In this document: positions 8,530-13,954 of the stretch, piece by piece
Layout of the letters: each line of letters starts with the position of its first letter
Position numbering within the stretch: the first letter of the stretch is position 1
NCBI GenBank assembly: GCA_046759445.1
Contig: JBHICG010000078.1
Span: forward strand, 1-13,954
Length of the DNA stretch: 13,954 bases
Source: Candidatus Scalinduaceae bacterium
GTDB lineage: Bacteria; Planctomycetota; Brocadiia; Brocadiales; Scalinduaceae
Reading direction: 5' to 3'
Notes under the pieces: generated by a model
Database searches by the model: none
The model's input: the letters and a program-made list of their open reading frames with translations, nothing else
What the model was told of the DNA's origin: nothing
Program-made: the position numbers and the translations under genes

Positions 8530-9039
8530 CTACTCCCAAACATTTTTTAAAGGTATTTCTTCTTTAGTATCGTCAGGTGTTGTTTCGGCAGATAAGTCTT
8601 TTTCAGGCGTGTCAATTCCTCTATAAGCAGAGCCTGATTTCTTTCTCAATTCTTCCACAGCCTGTCTTGCTTCAATCAGATTTTTTGTATAACCTGCTTT
8701 TTCAGTGTCTAAAACGGCCTTTGCTATTGTTAATACTGTATATTCCTTTTGAAGTTCATTGAATTCCGTATTTAATTCTTCATTTGTTTCTGTAAGTTCG
8801 GCTAACTCAACTTCCAATTCTTGTTTTTCTTTATCGGCTATCCTTAATTTACCTATCGTCTCGGGCACCTTCAATATTTCTTTTTTACCTGCTACTATTT
8901 TTTGCTCCATGTGATGAACCCTTTCTCTTTGGGCTCGGTATTTACCAATGGATGTTACAGAAAGACCAAAAAATATTATGCTGAAAAGGGCAAAAATTAC
9001 AGTAGTTATAGCAAGTAATTTAACGTTTTCTTTGGCCAT
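8530..9039 (-). CDS. Hypothetical membrane-anchored coiled-coil protein (169 aa)
   Basis: SD AGGAG before ATG; one N-terminal hydrophobic helix (LLAITTVIFALFSIIFFGLSV); E/K/L heptad-like region (KEKQELEVELAELTETNEELNTEFNELQKEY); acidic tail. Confidence 0.8.
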   Translation of the reverse strand: MAKENVKLLAITTVIFALFSIIFFGLSVTSIGKYRAQRERVHHMEQKIVAGKKEILKVPETIGKLRIADKEKQELEVELAELTETNEELNTEFNELQKEYTVLTIAKAVLDTEKAGYTKNLIEARQAVEELRKKSGSAYRGIDTPEKDLSAETTPDDTKEEIPLKNVWE

Positions 9040-9111
9040 TTTTATATCTCCTTTTATGGTTTATTAACAACAGAAAAGAAAAATGAAAGGTTAAGATCAA
9101 AAATATGGAGT

Positions 9112-9140
9112 AATCTAACAAATGACTTTTTTTATGTCAA
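9112..9140 (-). promoter_or_regulatory. Sigma70-type promoter upstream of the coiled-coil gene
   Basis: Minus strand TTGACA (9140-9135), 17 nt ending TGT, TAGATT (9117-9112). Confidence 0.65.
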
Positions 9141-9320
9141 GTATGAATTTTTTTTGGTGAACAAACTTTTGGGATTTATGTCTTTGGATGTTTGTGATTG
9201 AATCTGTTAGTAATTCTTGTTTTAATTAAGTAGAAGACCTTTTAATAGTTCTACGTTGTTATCCCGAAAAGACTTACAAAGATTAACTATATCCTATTAC
9301 CCTGTAAAATCTCCTTTTCC

Positions 9321-9801
9321 CCATCCCTCCTCCGATACATAAAACTTCGTCAAGTCTGTTGACCATCTCATATCTGGTAGCATAGCCTCTACACGACTCT
9401 TAGGATCTACTACATTATGCTTTTTCTCATAAAGATTCACTTGCTCCACGTGATGGCCTTTTAACCGGCTTTGCCTGCCAACCCCTCAGTCTCATAATCC
9501 TCTGCACCTTCTTCTTGTTTATATGCATTCCTCTGTCAAATCTTAAAATTGCCCATACCATTCTATACCCATAAGTAGGAAGCTTCCTAATGATCTCCTG
9601 TATTATTTCTGCGATACCCTCATCTACTGGAAATTCTCGCTTCGCCCTCTGTTGATTAAATCGTCTTTTTCTACTTCTACTTATATAATATCCACTACGA
9701 CTAACACCTAATACCCTACAAGCTAAAGCAATACTAATACCTTCTTCTGTTAGCTTTTTAACTCTTTCCCATTTCCCTTTTGCCAACTCCGGAGTTTTTT
9801 T
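9321..9801 (-). pseudogene. IS3-family transposase OrfB, frameshifted and truncated
   Basis: ACRVLGVSRSGYY...PTYGYRMVWAILR...INKKKVQRIMR, stop at 9427-9429; continues in another frame as YEKKHNVVDPKSRVEAMLPDMRWSTDLTKFYVSEEGW (first DDE Asp at 9354-9356); remaining catalytic residues are missing. Confidence 0.85.
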
Positions 9802-10033
9802 AAAAGGGCACATTCCAAGCTCAACTGGCCAACCTTCCTCCATGTTTTAGTACTACTTCTCCCTTCTCAAGTAAGATGTTCTTCCATTCGTAATACATAG
9901 ACTGACTAATCCCATGCTTGCGACAAACCTCCGCTACTGTTTCTTTTTCCTTTAATCCTTCTAATAACACCTCTAATTTCCGCTTGGCTGTCCATATTCT
10001 TCTTTTTTCTTTCTCTTTCTTTTCCCGCGTCAT
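9795..10033 (-). pseudogene. IS3-family transposase OrfA with an out-of-frame internal deletion
   Basis: RRIWTAKRKLEVLLEGL...VAEVCRKHGISQSMYYEWK HTH; after KHGG the typical tail RKVGQLSLECALLKK lies in a different frame and the leucine zipper start appears to be missing. Confidence 0.8.
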
Positions 10034-10103
10034 ACTGACCTCCTTTTGACTTTTGTAAGTGCTGAATCTCGTAGAGATTCAGCATAACATCTCCGTTAAT
10101 CAA

Positions 10104-10132
10104 CTGTCCACTATTTACTGGGGGTCAGTATA
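10104..10132 (-). repeat. Left terminal inverted repeat (IRL) of the IS3-family element
   Basis: TATACTGACCCCCAGTAAATAGTGGACAG resembles IS3/IS150-type ends (TGTACTG...CCC...TGGACA), 71-99 nt upstream of OrfA; begins TA rather than canonical TG. Confidence 0.75.
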
Positions 10133-10241
10133 ATTTTTGTAAGTTTTTATATTGTTACCGCTGATTTTAACTTCATTGAGGAATCATCTAATAGGAAAAA
10201 TATGTTTTCTCTTGATTTCTATTTCTGTAGGTGACCACTTT

Positions 10242-10266
10242 CATCGCGTTCATGCTGTTCTGCGGC
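10242..10266. repeat. 25-bp perfect inverted copy of 10628-10652
   Basis: CATCGCGTTCATGCTGTTCTGCGGC (10242-10266) is the exact reverse complement of GCCGCAGAACAGCATGAACGCGATG (10628-10652), which lies within the nod-like CDS. Confidence 0.95.
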
Positions 10267-10273
10267 TGGCGGC

Positions 10274-12619
10274 TCACTCGCGAACGCCCAGTACCGTTGG
10301 AGGTACGACGAAGGTCTCTTCAGTCGGTTGCACGGCCTTCAGACTGAAGCTGCGGCTGACCATGAACCACACCAAAGGAAACACCCCGCCGACCACGAAG
10401 ATCGCTACACCCATGCCTCGTAGCCAGGTCAGTATCTGGAACCATTGGCCATAGATGTACGCCTGGGAACGGGCATAGGCGTAACCTTCCATCATGGCCA
10501 CGATTAGCTGGTGGATGCCTACTGGGAACAAGTCCATGATCACCATGAGCGCCAGCCCGATATTCAGCGACCAGAACGAGAAACGCAGTAGCCTCGGACT
10601 CCAACGATCCGCCTCAATGATCCAGCGGCCGCAGAACAGCATGAACGCGATGGCCAGGTTCCCGTAGACGCCAAACATGGCTGCGTGGGCATGGTTGATC
10701 GTCAGGTAGGTGCCGTGCTGGTAGTAGTTGACTATCGGCAGGTTGATCATGAAGCCGAAGACCCCGGCCCCCATGAAATTCCAAAAGTTGACCGCCACCA
10801 GGTACATGAATGGCTCGACAAGACCGAATGTCTCACTATTCTCTCCATCGCAACGCAGCTGGCTCGCATTGCTATCAGGCATATGGCGAAATCGCCAAGC
10901 TTCGACTGTTAATAGAATCAATGGCACTATCTGCAGAGACGAAAACACCCCGCCCAGCGCCACCGTCTCGATCGACTTAGCGTTCCAGTAAAAGTTGTGG
11001 CTGATACCGATCAGCCCGGAGCCCAGGAAGAGGACCGCTCCCAGGTACACCACGCGGGCAGCAACCATATGGCTGACAAACCCCATGAGGTACAAAAAGT
11101 ACGCGACGATGATTGTTGTAAACAGCTCAAAGAAGGCCTCGAGCCACATGTGGATCGTGCACCAACGCCAGAAGTCAGCGATCACGAAATTGGTGTCCGG
11201 CTCAGCCACGAACCCGGCGGTGAACATGAAGATAATACCTGCGATAGAGTATACCATCCAGTTGGGCAGCGACCAGGTCTGCTTCTGCTTCAGAACCGGC
11301 CAGACGCCGCGGACGATAATAATCAGCCACACCACGAACGCGGCGTAGAGGACGTATTGGTAGAAGCGCCCGAGTTGCATGTACTCCCAGCCCTGAATGC
11401 CTAACCACCGCCAATAGTCTCCCAAGAGTCCCTTGACGCCCAGAGGGATACCCAGAGTAGTCCCGGTTGTCACGACTACCAGCATCCAGAACAGGGTGTT
11501 GATCCACGGCAGTTGCCCGGGCGGCTCCGGGTGGCAGATGAGCGGCAGGACCCAGATCGTCCCGGCGAACCAGCAGACGGCAATCCACAGGATGGAGATT
11601 TGCGAGTGCCAGGCCCGCATGACGGTCACCGGTAGAAACTCGTCGATTTGGATTCCTAGGTACGCGAAGAGCCCCAAGAAGTCATTGATCGTAAAAATCC
11701 CCGCCAGGACCTGGACTAAAAACAGTACCACTGCTATGGCAAAGAACTTGTAGCAGGCACGCTGTGTGGTGGTCGGCTTGGAATGTTCGACCGGCTCTGA
11801 GGTAGCCATCGGCGCAGTCTTAGTCTGTTGGTTTTCCGAAAGGGCCTCCCGGTCCATCTTGCCATAAAAGTAGAATACGATCCCCATCGAGAGGACCAGG
11901 GCCAGTGTCCCAATAACGCTCCAGAAAGTTACGCCCGCAGTTGGGATGTTACCAGCCAGGGGGTCATACGGCCAGTTGTGGGTGAAGCTGTAGTCGAAAC
12001 CGGGACGTTTTGCCGCACATAGCCACCCTCCCCAGAAGAAGAAGGCCGTCAGATCCTTGATCTCTTTGGGGTCGGTGATGTAGTTGACGGGCTTGAAGGC
12101 CTCATCCCCTACCAGCTCCCCACCTTCGCCAAACTTCTCCTCATAATACTGTACCAGCTTTTCGAAAGCATAGACTTGTGCATCGTTGAGCGTGACAGCG
12201 TTCATCGTGCTGTCGTAACGATTCTCCTTGAGGTCTTCCTGCACGAGTGACCGCACGGTGTGCCCCCGCAATCGCTCATCCGGTAGCTTTTGCTCCCACT
12301 TTTGAGCATAGTAATCATTCATCCAGGTTGCCGTGCGATTGAGCGCCTCGGCAGTGAAGTCTGGCCCCCTCAGTCCCCCGTCACCCAGGTAACTGCCGTA
12401 GTCCATCAACCCATAGCGGAAGAAGACCTGCTGGCCGTCCGTGATGGACCGGGAGTTGAAGACAAGCTGCCCCTGCTTACCCTTGAAGTTAGCGATAGGC
12501 GGGGCGAACTGATACGTCTTGTAGCCGATGTAGCCCACTACGGCAACGCTGACCACGAAGATCAGCATGAATGCCTTCCACCAATGTTTTCTCTGGTCTA
12601 ACCATTTAATCAAGTTCAT
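10274..12619 (-). CDS. nod: Putative nitric oxide dismutase (Nod) / Nod-like member of the quinol-dependent NO reductase (qNOR) family, 781 aa
   Basis: qNOR architecture (APPI, GSYLGDGGLRGPDFTA, THNWPYDPLAGN, QGWEYMQLGR, HMWLEAFFE, INLPIVNYYQHGTYLTINHAH) with heme ligands H338, H643, H645 and metal ligands H490, H541, but GISHNFYW (N542 instead of second His), FSSLQIVP (Q563 instead of Glu), GIFTINDF (no AHY..E) and WLRGMGV (no Asp). Family call is near certain; dismutase activity is inferred. Confidence 0.85.
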   Translation of the reverse strand: MNLIKWLDQRKHWWKAFMLIFVVSVAVVGYIGYKTYQFAPPIANFKGKQGQLVFNSRSITDGQQVFFRYGLMDYGSYLGDGGLRGPDFTAEALNRTATWMNDYYAQKWEQKLPDERLRGHTVRSLVQEDLKENRYDSTMNAVTLNDAQVYAFEKLVQYYEEKFGEGGELVGDEAFKPVNYITDPKEIKDLTAFFFWGGWLCAAKRPGFDYSFTHNWPYDPLAGNIPTAGVTFWSVIGTLALVLSMGIVFYFYGKMDREALSENQQTKTAPMATSEPVEHSKPTTTQRACYKFFAIAVVLFLVQVLAGIFTINDFLGLFAYLGIQIDEFLPVTVMRAWHSQISILWIAVCWFAGTIWVLPLICHPEPPGQLPWINTLFWMLVVVTTGTTLGIPLGVKGLLGDYWRWLGIQGWEYMQLGRFYQYVLYAAFVVWLIIIVRGVWPVLKQKQTWSLPNWMVYSIAGIIFMFTAGFVAEPDTNFVIADFWRWCTIHMWLEAFFELFTTIIVAYFLYLMGFVSHMVAARVVYLGAVLFLGSGLIGISHNFYWNAKSIETVALGGVFSSLQIVPLILLTVEAWRFRHMPDSNASQLRCDGENSETFGLVEPFMYLVAVNFWNFMGAGVFGFMINLPIVNYYQHGTYLTINHAHAAMFGVYGNLAIAFMLFCGRWIIEADRWSPRLLRFSFWSLNIGLALMVIMDLFPVGIHQLIVAMMEGYAYARSQAYIYGQWFQILTWLRGMGVAIFVVGGVFPLVWFMVSRSFSLKAVQPTEETFVVPPTVLGVRE

Positions 12620-12660
12620 GTCGGAATTCAGAGGCGACTTTAGCGGCCGACTCGTTCAAG

Positions 12661-13425
12661 TTAGATACTTTGTTCCAATAATACTTTTTCGATTGCCTTA
12701 CGAATAGCCTGTTCCGAGTTTGCCGTGATTTGACGGTTTATAGTAATTGTTGGATAGGTTCTAATACCGCGCTCTTCTGCATGTTGTTGGTCTTTGGTGA
12801 TCTGTGCATCAATATCAATTCCATCAACACATGCTCTAATTTGTTCGGGATCCTGGCCGTGATGTTCCATAAACTTAATCAATGTATCCCAGTCCCAGGG
12901 GCCTTGATGATTTATCAGAGATTCCTGAACCACACTACAATTTCCACTTAATCGCGCACATTCAGCAAGTTTGATAGCACGGCGAGCCTCTACCGTCAAT
13001 CCCGGCGTTCGTAGAACAACTCTTACCTTATGCAATTCACTTGAAACTCTTTTGACAAGCTTCCATACCTTCGATATGTTTCCATTTGTGTAGTCAGCAA
13101 AAACATCGATGATGACAGGACTACTAAGATCCATAATAATCTCGGTGGCTTTTCTACCGGCTTCAAGACTCTCTAAGACATACGTAATCTCTGCCTTACC
13201 AACACTGCAACCAAAACAGGCAGGGGATAGGGAACTACCCGGTAGATATCTACCACATTGGCATGGACAATGACGGCCAGCGAGAATTTCTTCCGCCATT
13301 TTATTGATTTCTTCTTTATCTATTTTGGTTGATTCAGCTTCGCATTCTTGATTAAAGGATTGCGAAACCGCAAGTGTCCCAATTATTAAGATTACGGTCA
13401 AAAAAAACGTAAAATGTGGTTTCAT
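12661..13425 (-). CDS. Exported protein with an N-terminal Cys-cluster (CcmH-like) domain fused to a DsbA/thioredoxin-like fold lacking CxxC (254 aa)
   Basis: Signal/TM helix; HCPCQC-x12-CFGC; then PVIIDVFADYTNGNI (where DsbA has F.D..CP.C), VRVVLR, AIKLAECA, IRACVD and GIRTYPTITIN (cis-Pro loop). Confidence 0.65.
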   Translation of the reverse strand: MKPHFTFFLTVILIIGTLAVSQSFNQECEAESTKIDKEEINKMAEEILAGRHCPCQCGRYLPGSSLSPACFGCSVGKAEITYVLESLEAGRKATEIIMDLSSPVIIDVFADYTNGNISKVWKLVKRVSSELHKVRVVLRTPGLTVEARRAIKLAECARLSGNCSVVQESLINHQGPWDWDTLIKFMEHHGQDPEQIRACVDGIDIDAQITKDQQHAEERGIRTYPTITINRQITANSEQAIRKAIEKVLLEQSI

Positions 13426-13468
13426 AAAAAATCAAACCTTCTATTGTGTTTCTGACTCCTAAAAAACA

Positions 13469-13497
13469 TTTATATTTATATCATTTTACTATTGCAA
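13469..13497 (-). promoter_or_regulatory. Possible weak sigma70-type promoter for the DsbA-like gene (and nod downstream)
   Basis: Minus strand TTGCAA (13497-13492), 17 nt, TATAAA (13474-13469); AT-rich context makes a chance match possible. Confidence 0.3.
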
Positions 13498-13584
13498 TAA
13501 CTGACTCTACCAATCTGCCCCCTTAAGCAAAGCTCATAGGGATATTGAGTTGCCAGGCCATAGTCGGATGAATTTAACACTTAG

Positions 13585-13953
13585 TTATCTGCCGTTAAGG
13601 AAATTATGCTTGTTTTTTGCCCACCACTTTTGCCATTTTTCCGGGCTTCGGCCAAGATCCTTTCCTGTTATTTCATAAAGTGCATATGCTGATTTTATTC
13701 GGACCAGTAAACTCTCATCTTTCAATGCAGCAATCAGTGGTTCTATTGCACGAGGGTCTTTTATAGCGCCCAATGAAATTGCCGCACCCCTTCGTGTACC
13801 CTTATTTCCATCTTTTAACGCAGCAATAAGAGGCTCTACTGTATTAGGATCTTTCAACTCCACAAGTGCCTTTACGACACTTCTTCGTACATCTATGTGT
13901 TCATCTCTTAATGCATCAAGTAATGGTCCTGCTGCACGGAGGTATTTCAGCTT
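13585..13953 (-). CDS. HEAT-repeat (PBS lyase HEAT-like) protein, 5'-truncated by the window
   Basis: Frame stays open from the window edge: KLKYLRAAGPLLDALRDEHIDVRRSVVKALVELKDPNTVEPLIAALKD...RRGAAISLGAIKDPRAIEPLIAALKD...ALYEITGKDLG...WQKWW; 31-aa repeats. Confidence 0.9.
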   Translation of the reverse strand, partial: KLKYLRAAGPLLDALRDEHIDVRRSVVKALVELKDPNTVEPLIAALKDGNKGTRRGAAISLGAIKDPRAIEPLIAALKDESLLVRIKSAYALYEITGKDLGRSPEKWQKWWAKNKHNFLNGR

Positions 13954-13954
13954 T

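Larger units (their letters stand above)
9321..10132 (-). mobile_element. Degraded, right-truncated IS3-family insertion sequence
   Basis: Left end TATACTGACCCCCAGTAAATAGTGGACAG (10132-10104), OrfA HTH, A7 slippery run (9795-9801), OrfB YGYR domain and start of the integrase core (RWSTDLT); similarity stops at about 9321 and no right IR was seen. Confidence 0.88.

Noticed and set aside
8343..8543. 66-aa ORF, or a frameshifted continuation of the coiled-coil gene
   Set aside because: No recognisable domain or SD, and it runs over the consensus promoter at 8356-8383.
530..8762. Short antisense or alternate-frame ORFs inside hao, cyt b, DUF362 and coiled-coil genes
   Set aside because: Fully overlap well-supported genes and show no motifs.
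9906..10103. 65-aa ORF in the IS left end
   Set aside because: Alternate frame overlapping OrfA with no motif.
10152..12601. Numerous plus-strand and alternate-frame ORFs overlapping nod
   Set aside because: Shadow ORFs expected from a GC-rich hydrophobic gene; no motifs or SD sites.
10274..12619. Calling the gene a canonical qNOR (norZ/norB)
   Set aside because: It lacks the second FeB His, the catalytic Glu and the quinol-site His/Glu/Asp.
1..13954. CRISPR array, tRNA/rRNA, and FNR/DNR boxes (TTGAT-N4-ATCAA) near nod or hao
   Set aside because: None seen by eye; repeats occur as dispersed pairs, not regularly spaced arrays. A degenerate site could have been missed.

Overview
AT-rich window, almost entirely minus-strand, whose gene content points to an anammox planctomycete (Brocadiales; inferred from protein families only). 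From left to right: 3' end of an M48 peptidase (+); a decayed octaheme hydroxylamine oxidase (HOX/HAO-like) gene with two frameshifts and lost heme ligands; a Rieske protein plus a cytochrome b fused to two c-type heme domains; an intact compact octaheme HAO-family gene retaining the cross-linking Tyr; a Tat-exported DUF362 protein; a membrane-anchored coiled-coil protein; a degraded IS3-family element; a GC-rich, apparently foreign 781-aa qNOR-family gene; a Cys-cluster/DsbA-fold fusion; and a partial HEAT-repeat gene. The main finding is that the qNOR-family gene carries the substitutions diagnostic of putative nitric oxide dismutases (Nod): HH->HN in the non-heme Fe site, catalytic E->Q, and loss of the quinol-binding residues. 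Its 3' junction with AT-rich DNA is a perfect 25-bp inverted copy of an internal coding segment, so both horizontal acquisition and assembly chimerism need testing. Two families of REP-like dispersed repeats and three strong sigma70-type promoters are also visible. All homology calls are from motif recognition, not database searches.
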